Numbered from the stretch's first letter, positions 53,046-64,000 are shown. The stretch is DNA of 64,000 bases from Selaginella moellendorffii (GCF_000143415.4 NW_003314335.1:712113-776112), one strand, 5' to 3'. Numbers and translations are program-made. Notes: generated by a model not told the origin, from the sequence alone.

Positions 53046-56000
53046 ATGGTAAGTCTTTTAGGCCAAGTAGAAAATGGCATGAGGCCACATGCCATTCAGT
53101 AGCAACATTGGCATGCACCGATTGGGCTCTCGAGTGCAGTCCGGTTACAGATGGCGTGTAGCCTCACGCCATCTTAGGATGCAGCCTCAAGACATCTGAT
53201 GCAGTGGTGAATGGCGTGTGGCCTCACGTTATTTCCAGCTGCTAGCTTTTCATCTGTCAGCTCTAATTGTTGTGCATTTCTGAACAGGCGAGGAATTGCG
53301 TTCTTCTTCCAGCCACTGTCAATGTGGATGCAGAGAAGGGGGAGGAGCTCACCAGTTGGACTTTCGGGATGGAAGGCGAGGATCTGATGCTGTACAACAC
53401 AAATGGTGGGAGAAAAGAATGCATGGGGATCCTCATCCAAGTGACAGACACTCCATGCAGTTCCATGCAAGAATATGGACTGGCACTTGTGGTAGAGACA
53501 GCGTCCGCCTTCAAGATCCACCTTGCACATCCTAGCGGCTTCCCGGAGGGGGGCAGCGGCTATGAGGAATTCCTAGAGGGAGCTAGGGAGAGGTTGTCCA
53601 GGAGGCCCACAATTTCAAAGACGTTGTGGGTCTATGAAGATCACATGGAATCCACGGACCTCACCTACGGCGATGTTCAAAAACTATATTCCAACATTGA
53701 GCCGTTGAGAGTGCCTCCAGTTCGCGAAGCGAAGGGGAAGGGGGTCGATCTGGAAACTACCCCGAAGCAGAAAAGGGTGGTCAAGCTCAAGCCGACGTCC
53801 GACTCTGCTGCTCCAAAAAAGAAGCTACTCAGTGATGCCATTGCCTCGGGTTCGAACACTACACCCACCAAAAAGAAGAGCCGCAAAGAGCAGAAAGAGC
53901 AAGAAGAGGCAGCAAAAATCGTCGCAGATAATAGTACTTGTTATTATTCCAACAAAGTATATACAATCGACGTGAGCCGTATCGACATCCAAAGCAAATA
54001 CAACCACAGGCTAGTATCTGATGAGTGGGTGGAGAAACTGAAGCAGAAGATGCTGGCAAGTCCAGTAACACCCGACATCGCAGACGTGATCCCCTACTAC
54101 CGAACAATGAAGGGCGAGACGAGGTTTCCAGACTTGATCAATAGGAAGGTGTTGGACGATCAGAACATCCGGTTCTATGCCATCTCCGGGCAGCATTCTA
54201 GCTTGGCGATGCAACAGATAGTTGTGGATATTATGGTGGGCAAGGAGGTGAAGAAAGTCTTCAAGACAAGAGTTGTCCGCCTGATAAAAGGCAACTCGCC
54301 CCTCCGATCTATCATATACATCTCCCACGCGCAGAATGTCAAGCAAGAAACGTTGACATAAACGTGCTACAAATCGGGTCTGCATGAGACATTGGCACGA
54401 ACACGGAAGCTCTGGGTTCAACTGAAGAAGCCACAAAAACCAGGACAAGGACGTGCACTAGCAACTAGCGCCTGGCAGGTAAGCCTCGTTGCATGTGGCA
54501 TAGCATGTGGCCTCACGCCATTTCCATTGCAGGAATTCTCGAGTCTTCTCTCGAAAACACTGGGGGTCAATGACACACTCAGCATCCATAACATTCTACT
54601 CGCGACAAAAGTTGTTTTTGACAAATGGGTAGATGTGCTGAGGAGGTACCATGACAGGGAGTTGCTAAACTCAATGGGTGTGGAGGACGGCCGGAAGCCC
54701 AATGATTTGAAGCTCAACACCTTGCGTTTCTCGTGGTCTCTAGACGACGACGACCTTCTGACAGTGGCTAATGCTCTTCTACGTGGTGAGGTAGTCTTCA
54801 ACAAGACCAAAATGACTCCCGGCCATATTGTGACATACGAGGACTTGTGCACGACTCTGAGAGCTCGTGCGCTATTGAAGGATTGGATCTTCAAGCAAGT
54901 GGCCGTGGAGAGGGTGAGCATCGACACCACGCAAGAGATGATGGAAGAGTTGGAGTTGTCAAATGAAGACATCGACGAGTACGTGAAGGGGGCCCCCAAG
55001 TTCATCGATCTGCTGCAGGATGCCACGAAAAGTAAAGCTGAGAAGTTGGATCAGTATCCAAATTTCATTAAGAGGGATGTCGACCGCCGGCTTCAGAAAC
55101 AGCTCGACCCCGCAGCAGAGGCCTATCGAGAACCTTACCGGGTATACGTGAATTCGGATGAGGATCAAAGGTGGAGGAGCATCGTTTCCCGCGGAGATGA
55201 GCAAGTCAAGAACATCTTTTGTGTGATGGACTTCACAAACGAAGAGATCACTCATGCAGACGAAGTCAGCTCCATCATTGACTTAATGGTGGGACTTGCG
55301 GAGGTGGAATCTTCAGTCCACTATATGATCTACGACTCCGAATCCTATCACAAGTTCTGGAAGGCCTTGAACGAGGTGAAGGCTTGGTTGAAAGGCAAGG
55401 AGATGTAGGAGATCCATGGGATAATGGCTAAGAAGAAGATACCAACGAATGTCTGCATCTTCACACTCGCCCTTGTTATTGGTCCTGCAGCAGAGTGGGA
55501 CTGGAGTGACTTCCCAGATTCGTTCGACAAGGCCGATCGAATTGATCTGAGGGAGGTCAATTTACCCGTGCCTGAGGAACTGAAGACGGCTATGGAGCTT
55601 TCGAATCCAAAGAAAGCTCCAGGTGCAGCATGGGAAATGCTCAGCTGGGTCTTCAACGCAATAGCGGGTGACTCCAAGGGCAAATGCGTTGTCGAGTACA
55701 ACTGTGGCGGACTATTCTTTCGAGCCGCACTACTCAAGGGTGTCCCGTGTGTTGCGGTGACAAACTCCATTGAAGAGGTGACTTCAATGGAGCATATAAT
55801 TACAGTTGCCAAAGAAAAACAGTATCTTCTCTACGAACCTAGTGAGTACGCACTTTAAGTTTAAATGTTATCTCACAAGCTCTGTATGCAGGAGCGTGGC
55901 CACCCCCAGATGCTGAAACGGCGTTAACAGCTACTGATGTTAGGCCGAGCTCACAACCTGCACAAGGTAAGGTCACGTGAGGCCTCACGCCATTTTGATT

Positions 56001-58638
56001 ATAGATCGTTGTGAATATTCAGACACGAGGACTGAAAAGCGCACTGGTGGCGCGTCGAAGAAGGACAAACAGAAAGGCAATAGGAAAAAAGGAGGTACAA
56101 ATTATATTTGCAATGGCGTGTGGTCTCATGCCATTCCTTGTAGGAGACACTTCTTCAAAGGCAAAACAGGCAAGCATCAGCCAAGCTCAAACTGACAGTG
56201 GTCATAAAAAGCGAAAGCACGTTGGACAGTCGTCGGGATCAGAGGCGTTTGATTTGAAAAGGAAGAAGGGCAACGAAAAGATGATAGGTAATGCCTCGCG
56301 GTTATGGCGTGTGTGCTCATGCCATTCATTGCAGATCAAGGGCTGAGTGAAAGGAGCCAGTCACCACCTCCTGACTCAGATTCCTATGGCGGACTCCCCT
56401 TCCCCAATCTCAATGGAGAGGTACAATGGATAAGGGATGCTTTTCAAGTCAGGGCCACATTTTTCTCATCTCGTCGTTTTTGAAGGGTGCAAGAACGTGC
56501 AGAAACCATGTTAAGACAGTCGGGTGAGGATACGGTCCTAGGTCAAGCACTAAAACAGGCTATGGATGTCTTGTATTTTGAGATGGAGACTCGGCCAGAT
56601 GATTTTCCCAAGATGGTCCTGGAAGAACAAGCCATCCAGCCTGAGCAGCCTATGGAAGAAATGCAGGAGGGGGATGAGGAGCCAGAGAAAGATAATGAGC
56701 AGGAAGAGCAAAAGGATGAAGAGGAGGACAAAGAAGAGGAGGACGAAGAAGAGGAGGACGAAGAGGACTTGGATGGTCCTCACAATGGTGACGATCACAA
56801 TAACGACGATGACGATAATGACGACGATGGCCAGCCTGAGGTGGCCAAAGAGCAGCGGAGGAAGGTCATACAAGACAAACCATCAGGTAAATAATAGTAC
56901 ATCCATTCCTAACCTTTTATCATTTCTAACATTGTCCATGTAGGTCGCAGAAGAAATGAATTAAGATACAAACTCTAGCCTTTAGTGTCGAGGAAGGATA
57001 GTGCCAAGCAAGGGTCGAAACGTATGTCCAATCCTTCAGAATCAGCAGTGCGCCCAAGTGATATCGGTCCTAGTTCCTCAATAGCAGTTGATGGTAAATA
57101 CAGTATAGTCGATTCAATGTGCTAATGAGTTTGTTTTTAGTAGCCAGTAGGGAGGATACCATCTCAATCGAAGGGAGATATTTGGACATGCATATGGATC
57201 CGCCAGTGGACTCTACTTGCCTGCAAGAGTCATCAGAGCTGGTGGAGGCTACTATCCATATCAACGCCAAGCAAGCTGACCACGCTCCACTTGATGCTGC
57301 CCATACCATTGAGTCAATCTTGTCCACGTATCCAACTGACGGTGACCAAGCGCCATTGGACCCGCATGAGGCCGCCCCAGCCGCCGAGCCGGTCATATCC
57401 TCATTTCCAACGGACTCAACGTGTGCCCAATCGTCTGACTACGCGCTGTTGGAACCTCCCTACACCGCCCCTGCTGCCTGTTCGGTCATGTCCACTTTGC
57501 CAACGGAGGCACCAGCTGAAATGGCGTGTGATCACACGCCATCGGAACCACCCCATGCCACTGTTGAGCCAATTGTACCAGAGTCTACAGCTGAAATGGC
57601 ATGTGCCCACACGCCATCGGATGCGATTGACCCCACATTGCAGAGGAGAGTATTTCCGCCCTTCACGTTTCCTCGACCAAAACCCTCTGAACGACCATCG
57701 GGAGCACCATTCGCTAATATTGTAGATGGTAAAATTGACTTGTACCATTTTTTATGCTGACGCATTTCATTTCAGAGTCACGGCGAAAGTACTGTATCGT
57801 TTTTGATCTGAACGGTGTCCTTTTCTCCCATGAGCGTGGCTCGTCCTCGAATGTCACTGCACCCTCCAAAGCCTGCGGTCGCAAGTTGGTCAAAAGAGAC
57901 AGATTCACATTAATCACACGGGAGAAACTGCGGGATCTAATAATGACCATGCGACACTTAAAACAGAGGGCCGGGTTCAATTTGCAATTGGGAGTTTGGA
58001 CATCCATGATGCGCCACAATGCATTAATGTTGCTATAGATGATGCACGATCAGACGCGAGTAATATTACCATTTGACTTTCTCCTAACGCAAGAGGATTG
58101 CTTGACTATGGTCCATGTGAGGGGTAGCAAGCCCATCTTCATCAAGCCAGAGGCTGTAGTGATGAACCGGACCGCTAGGTCAAGTGAAATCCTCATCATC
58201 GATGACTCGCCGATTAAAACTGCAGCGAACATGCACACATATGCAGTGCACCCCATCTCTTGCAGTATGGAAACTAGGGAGAAGAAACCGTATGTTCTAG
58301 GGGACCTTGCAAAACGGCTTGAAGCGATGGTGATAGAGAACCGGCCAGTCCAGGAGGTGGCTGCAGAAATCAACCAAATGGCAGATGGAACGGTATATTA
58401 GAAGCCATTTGATCGAACAGACACCAGTCATCATTTATGGCATGTATATTGTCTAGCCAAGCACTATCCGCATCTCCATAATCTGCTCAACCGGATGGGT
58501 TCTTCGACCACTGAACATGAGCGTGGACGTATTAGAGAAGAGATGGCATTACTATTGGGTTTAAATCCTGATAGTGTGGAGAGTGATGAAATTCCAAGAT
58601 TATTGTATAGGCGTTGGAGGCAAAAAATAACAGTCTGA
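53046..58638 (+). pseudogene. Multi-exon transposon cargo gene: ParB-like domain, degenerate amino-MTase-like domain, acidic/Pro-rich linker, FCP1/HAD phosphatase-like domain; 4 in-frame stops
   Basis: ATG|GTAAG at 53046, exon 2 from 53288; collinear in-frame ORFs separated by single stops (54359, 55406, 58036, 58399); NHRLVSDEWVEKLK...FYAISGQHSSLA; IVFDLNGVL...GVWTS...LIIDDSP.K. Confidence 0.7.
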
Positions 58639-59479
58639 GATGGCATGTATTTATTTAAAAATGTAACTTATTATGGCATGGGGTTCCATGCCATTGTATT
58701 AATATTAAAAGACAATTCTTTGAGAGGATTTGCATTATACTAGAAGTGTTAAAGCATGTTATTGGAAGTCTACGAAATTGTTTTATTAATAAGGGAAAAG
58801 TAAAGATTGAATGGGGACTTGGGCTCCACCTAGACTCGGAGCAACTGAGCCAATATTAAAAAGATGGAAAGAAATTGGACGACGATGACAAGGAGAAGAG
58901 AGAGGTGAAGCAGTGGCAGGGGGAGGAGAAGTGATTGAGTAGACATTTCCTTGTTTAAAATAAAATGGCATGTGCCTCAATGTAGTTGAATTTTGTTATA
59001 TTTATATACTATATAAAGGTTTGGAAACCTTATTTTACAAGTGGGATAATAAATATTCCCACTTTAACGAAATAGAGCTTATGCTACTTTGGTCCTTTTC
59101 AGGTGATTGAAAGGATCAATGAGGTGGCATTTCGGCTGGCTCTTCCTCAAGGGTGCAAGCTCCATGATGTGTTCCACGTTTCCGAGCTCAAGTTGCATTA
59201 CGGTCCGACTCCCTTGTCGACAGTGGAAGTTCCAGTCCGTTCGTTGGGGGACCAGCATCTGGTTGTGCCAGATAAGGTGATCGATGTGGAGACTCGTCAG
59301 CTGCGTCGACGTACGATTAAGCGTTATCTTGTTCGCTGGATGAACACTGGGGGGGATACAGACACCTGGCTTTCTCAACAAGAGTTCGATCGTCTGTGTA
59401 AGGAACCAACTCGCCGAGGTGTCGTAGGCTAAAGGAACCCCGAAAGCATGACCAAAATGACAAAGAGTTCATCGGATGG

Positions 59480-59762
59480 GACCAAGTCGAAGATCGAGTC
59501 CAAGACCGACTCTAGGACCGAGTTCGAGATCGAGTCCGGAATCGAGTCCGAGACCGACTCGAGGACCGAGTTCGAGTCCGAGTTCGAGACCGAGTTCGAG
59601 ACGGAGTCCGAGATCTGAAATCGGGTCCGAGACCGAGTCCGAGGTCGAGTCCGAAGTCGGGTCCGAGATCGGGTCCGAGATCGAGTCCGAGATCGAGTCC
59701 GAAACCGAATCCGAAGTCGGATCCGAAATCGGGTCCGAGATCAAGCCAGAGACTAAGTCCAA
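59480..59762 (+). repeat. Hexamer-based (GAGTCC/GAGATC) minisatellite in the LTR
   Basis: Tandem TCCGAG-like units. Confidence 0.9.
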
Positions 59763-61589
59763 ATACTAATACGGGTCAAGGGGTGAAAGCCCAAAGCGTG
59801 CGTCTCCCAGGGGGGGGGGGGGGGCTGCAGGGGGTTCCAAAAGTACAGTAGGGATAGTGAGGTCCAGGATCCAGTTTTGAAGGGACTCTCCAATTGGGCT
59901 TCCAAACCGACTTGAGGTTGAGACTGGGACCGAGGGGCCTTGGGTGGGAGTGAGCATGGACTTGGCTGGTGCCGGAGGGGCCATCCAAGGAAGTGCTCAA
60001 GAGCAGCTCCCACTCCCGAAAGGGAAACCGATTGCGGTGCTCCCGACTCATGTGGAGTGGTGCCCCACTTGAGTACCATGCGGCTCATTGGTCCTCGCCC
60101 TTCCTAGGGGCTTGGGCCTTCCTTCGGGATGGAAGTGGGGGGCGAGAGGTACCCATACCGGGCCGCTAGGCCACGATGTTTCGCCCCGGTGTCCCGAAGC
60201 AAGTGTTGCACTCAAGACTTGGGATTTAGAGGGTCCCATGATCAAGTCTTGTGGTACCAAAGGATGTTAGGAACCTGGAAGCTTGGTGTGCTTGGCTGCT
60301 TGTGCTTGCGGGGAGTGTAGCCGAACCTTAAGTCCAGTCTAACCCGGGGAGGGGGATTGGGAGTGATTTGGGAATCCGTGGATGGAAGGCTAACCCCCCG
60401 TTGCTCGTGCAGTGAGTAGCTGAGACCAAGTAGGAGCTGGTACCATAGGCGAGAACCTTGGCAAGGGAACTTAGCAAAAGCAAGGGCGGTGTTGGACGGA
60501 TAGACGAGGTAAGCTGGCAAATTGGAAAGGAAAAATTTGTGGCTTACAATTTGGTATCGGAGCCTTTATCTCAGTTCTAGCGAAGGATAGTGTAAGCGAC
60601 TAATTTTTCCATTTTACTTTAGTCACTTAACCGCACCTCCGACCACTTGGAGGAGTCTCATTCACAACCTCCATAAGTCCCAGTTAGGACTTGGGGCTTG
60701 CTAGCCCCGAGAATGGCCTCCGTGCCACTCCACCTTTGCACTTGGTCCAAGTGCTCCACGTGTCCGATCCCATGACCGACACCCCAAGGTACCCCTGACA
60801 TATCGGCCCGTTACGCTAAGGCCATGCCCATTCACCTTGGTCACACCGGTGGTCTAACACCACATAATGCATCATTGTCCCGTCTCTCAAAGACTGGGCC
60901 ATCCGTCCATGAGCGATCATCCCCGATCTACTCCTTAGCATCCTTAGGATGCCCGCAGACATGGGGAATAGCCTTCCCCGACAACTCCTTTCCAGTCCCC
61001 ACCAAGTCCCTTTTAGTCTATGGCCGTGTTCGCCAACACTGCCACTGGATCAAGGCCCGCAGGCCTGACCGCTAAGTCCCACTGTCCTTTGGGACTTCCT
61101 CACCATGTGACCGTCTCCTTGGTCACTGCATTAGAGGCCTACTCCTCTTCCCTTTCACCGTTTGGGACTTTGGGACAACATTTCGGAACACCGTGGCCTT
61201 ACGCAAGCCTCATGGGTACTCTCCTCGCCTTTCGCCTTTAGGTGCTCTAGCCATGGGCTTAGAGCGAGGTTCCGTTGAGCCACGACAGGTATCCAAGTAG
61301 GTAGTGCCACCCGCACTTGGATTGGGAGCATCGGCTAGTCGATCTCCCGGGGGAACTAGAGCCAGCTCTTGAACACTTCACCAAGCTACCCCGCTTGTCG
61401 GTCTGTGTTCACTCTAGTCTTGGACTTCCCAGTGGGCAGCTCATCACCCAACACGGGGTCCGGCCTTCCTGGGCCAAACTGGCCTTTCCTGGCCAAACTG
61501 GCTCCACTGCAGTCCTCCCCCTTACTATACTTTTGGAGCTCACCAAACCCCCCAGGGTCTGGGAGACGAACGCTTTGGGCTTTCACCCT

Positions 61590-62190
61590 CTCAGACTCGA
61601 ACTCGGACTCGGACTCGGACTCGGACTCGGACTCGGACTCGGACTCGGACTCGGACTCGGACTTGGACTCGGGCTCGGTCTCGGACTCGGGCTCGGTCTC
61701 GGCCTCGGCCTCGGTCTCGGTCTCGGTCCCGATCTCGGTCTTGGTCTCAGTCTTGGTCTCGGTCTCGGTCCCGGTCTCGGTCTCGACTTCGGACTCCATC
61801 TCAGGTCCATCTCGGACTCCATCTCGGGTCCATCTCAGACTCCATCTCGGGTCCCTCTCGGACTCCATTTCAGGTCCATCTCGGACTCCTTCTCGGACTC
61901 CATTTCGGGTCCATCTCGGGTCCACCTCGGACTCCATCTCGGACTCCATCTTGGACTCCATCTCGGACTCTACTTCGGACTCCACTTCGGACTCCAACTT
62001 GGGTCCATCTCGGACTCCACTTCGGACTCCAACTCGGGTCCATCTCGGACTCCACTTCGGACTCCAACTCGGGTCCATCTCGGACTCCACTTCGGACTCC
62101 AACTCGGGTCCATCTCGGACTCCATCTCGGACTCCATCTCGGGTCCATCTCAGACTCCATCTCGGGTCCCTCTCGGACTCCATTTCGGGT
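61590..62190 (+). repeat. Hexamer-based (GGACTC) minisatellite in the Gypsy-2 leader, complementary to the LTR array
   Basis: (CTCGGA)n followed by 12-36 bp higher-order units. Confidence 0.92.
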
Positions 62191-64000
62191 CCCTTTATGG
62201 AGCCTCGCTTTTTGCTCGCTTCGTGCTCGTTCCTCGAGCACTTTGTTGGGAGTTCCACTCCCGCTCTTGACTTTTCAAGTCGGAGCTTTTGGTCCAAACG
62301 TGTTACGCTCGTTTGGCTCTCGCTTCGGCCACTACCACGTGGCGCCCTTCCAGCTCCACTTTTGGGGCCTAGGGATTTTGTGTCTCACAGATAGAGGCGG
62401 ATTGCTGGGAGATGGCAAGGGCAGGGCGTAAGCGAACCCAGGCGGAGACGGAACCTCCGCCGGAGCTGGAGCCTCCGGTCGAACAAAAGGCTATGGATGA
62501 GGAATCCTTGCATGAGGAGGACTCTAGTGAGGAAACTTCCAAACAGGAGTCCGGTGGTGAGGTTCGGTCGTCCAAGGCTCGATTGGATGTGCTAGAAGGA
62601 TAGTTGGCACAAACCAATGCCCTGCTGGAAACTCTCGTACGCAAGCTAAAGCGTGACGAGAGGCGGAAGAAAAAGAAAAAGACTGCGGATGCTGGCAGCG
62701 CAGAAGGTGCGGATCTTTCGGGCGGGACTGAGGCAAAACCAGACAAGGTTGAACAGACCGAAGTAGAATCAGTCCCTCAGGCAGTTCCCAAGTACAAACC
62801 AAAGCCCCCACCGGTCTTCAAGGGAGTGAACGACTATAAGGTGGTGGAGGATTGGTTTTACGATATGGAGGACTACTTCCGAGCGTTGCGGTTACCAAGC
62901 TCGGAGAAGGTCCCATGTGCAAAACCATACTTGGCAGATAATGCCAAGTCTTGGTGGAGAACGACGAAGGCCAACGAAGGACCAATGGCCACTTGGGACA
63001 TGATGAAGGCGAGGATCCGCGCAACATACGTTCCTCCGAATGCCACTCTGCATCTGAGAGATGAGCTGAGTAGGCTGAAGCAGACTGGAACCATCCAGGA
63101 ATATGTGAATGGGTTCATGGCAAAGAGGATACTTGTCACGGACATGGGGGATATGGATGCATTCCATGCCTTCATATCAGGTTTGCAAACCTGGGCTCAC
63201 GGTGAGGTGATGCGGTGGAACCCGACCAACTACAAGGAAGCGTTGGATGCGGCCATCAAGGTGCATTTCAACGATAACCTGTGAAAGGGGAACACGATGG
63301 GGTCGGGATCCACATTTAGCAAAGGGGCCAAACCAAGGGGAACGTATAGCAAGGGGAAATTCAAAAGGAGTTTCTCTAAGAATGAGTCCTCGGGGTTCCG
63401 GAAAGGCAAATTCGGTGGCCAGCGAGCGAGTACGTGGGGGAGTCAAGCGAAAAAAGACAAACCCACGGATAAGAAGGTCAAGTCGTATAGCAGCGTGGGA
63501 AACAACATATGCTACAACTGCGGTGAAGCGGGACACTTCTCGAGGGAATGTCCCTACCCGAAGAAGGCCAGAGCTAATATGGCCATCAAGTCGGGTGAAG
63601 TCCAAACTGAGGTATGTGATCCAGTCCCTAACTCAAAGTTACTCATTACACGAGCAACTTTGGTAGAGAGTCGTTCGCGACATCTACTAGCCCTCCGAGG
63701 GAAGCTCGGAGGTAGCTTTGTTAAGATCCTTATTGACACAGGTGCTTCGGATAATTTTGTGGCTGCAGACATAGTCCGGCAAGCCGGACTAACGGTGCAG
63801 CGGCTAGGCGAACCAAGGACTATAGAGTTTGTTCAAGGTAGCCAAAGCACCGATGAGGTACTTCGACAAGCGAGAGTCGAAGTGGGGACATGGAAAGTGG
63901 ACATGGCGGGATTTGACGTGATCTTCGGAATGGATTGGTTTAATAGGTTCGTGGTAGCCCTACATGGACAAGGTAGGAACCTTGTGGTATTGGCAAATGC

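Larger units (their letters stand above)
45682..58980. repeat. Dispersed 22-bp palindrome ATGGCRTGNGGCCNCAYGCCAT, about 29 copies including degenerate ones
   Basis: Examples start at 46087, 46845, 46991, 48333, 50302, 50400, 51936, 53074, 53151, 54500, 56113, 56304, 57521 (perfect palindrome), 57596 and 58673. Confidence 0.93.
45456..59080. mobile_element. 13,625-bp TIR DNA transposon (Sola-like) with a cargo gene
   Basis: Perfect 24-bp TIR AAGCTCTATTTCGTTAAAGTGGGA at 45456-45479 and 59057-59080; ATGC duplicated at 45452-45455 and 59081-59084; removal restores the Gypsy pol frame. The superfamily call is tentative. Confidence 0.93.
40442..59396 (+). mobile_element. Ty3/Gypsy chromovirus LTR retrotransposon (degenerate), interrupted at 45456 and 59397; 3' LTR not in the window
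   Basis: LTR TGTTA...TAACA at 40442-40658; PBS TGGTATCAGAGC at 40661-40672; gag, protease LVDSGASH, RT (FFDDIL), RNase H, integrase (H..H..CPVCQ); KLTQ/CYFGPF rejoins across the insertion; chromodomain RYLVRW...DTW at ~59270-59390. Confidence 0.93.
59397..64000 (+). mobile_element. Second Ty3/Gypsy LTR retrotransposon (5' part), nested at the end of the chromodomain of element 1
   Basis: LTR TGTAAG...CTTACA at 59397-60548; PBS TGGTATCGGAGCC at 60552-60564; gag from 62412 (stop at 62601), zinc knuckle CYNCGEAGHFSREC, protease LIDTGAS. Confidence 0.9.

Noticed and set aside
45682-58980. Palindromic repeats as a CRISPR array
   Set aside because: Spacing is irregular (tens to thousands of bp), there are no uniform spacers or cas genes, and the context is eukaryotic.
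45456-59080. Classification as CACTA, Helitron, Polinton or endogenous virus
   Set aside because: Ends are not CACTA and the TSD is 4 bp; no Rep/helicase, polB, retroviral-type integrase or capsid motifs were seen.
61317-62394. Long ORFs with SD/LG/ES repeats (Sdr-adhesin-like)
   Set aside because: A by-product of a stop-free hexamer minisatellite that is open in several frames on both strands.

Overview
Eukaryotic land-plant nuclear DNA. The very compact ~45-60 nt GT-AG introns, dense gene packing and many PPR remnants suggest a lycophyte such as Selaginella; this is an inference. Positions 1-40 kb are a gene-dense but turbulent region. Apparently intact genes: PIG-S, a CAMK-type kinase, a subtilase, a P-class PPR, Ycf20-like, a DUF604 tandem array (third copy frameshifted), a fungal-type FAD oxidase, tRNA-Phe, PurN, a RING-CH ligase and an LRR-RLK. 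These are mixed with decayed duplicates (laccase, ACCase, PWP2, PPRs, HSP70, NADH-GOGAT, PurN) and inverted duplications. Positions 40.4-64 kb are a nested transposon stack: a chromodomain Gypsy element interrupted by (i) a 13,625-bp TIR DNA transposon (45456-59080, 24-bp TIRs, 4-bp ATGC TSD) and (ii) a second Gypsy element. The 13.6-kb element is the standout. It divergently encodes a Sola-like DDD transposase with extra domains and a large spliced cargo protein (ParB-like, degenerate amino-methyltransferase-like and FCP1/HAD phosphatase-like domains). It also carries about 29 copies of a 22-bp palindrome (ATGGCRTGNGGCCNCAYGCCAT), some inside its tiny introns, that I did not see outside the element. 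All domain calls were made by eye from motifs; no searches were run.
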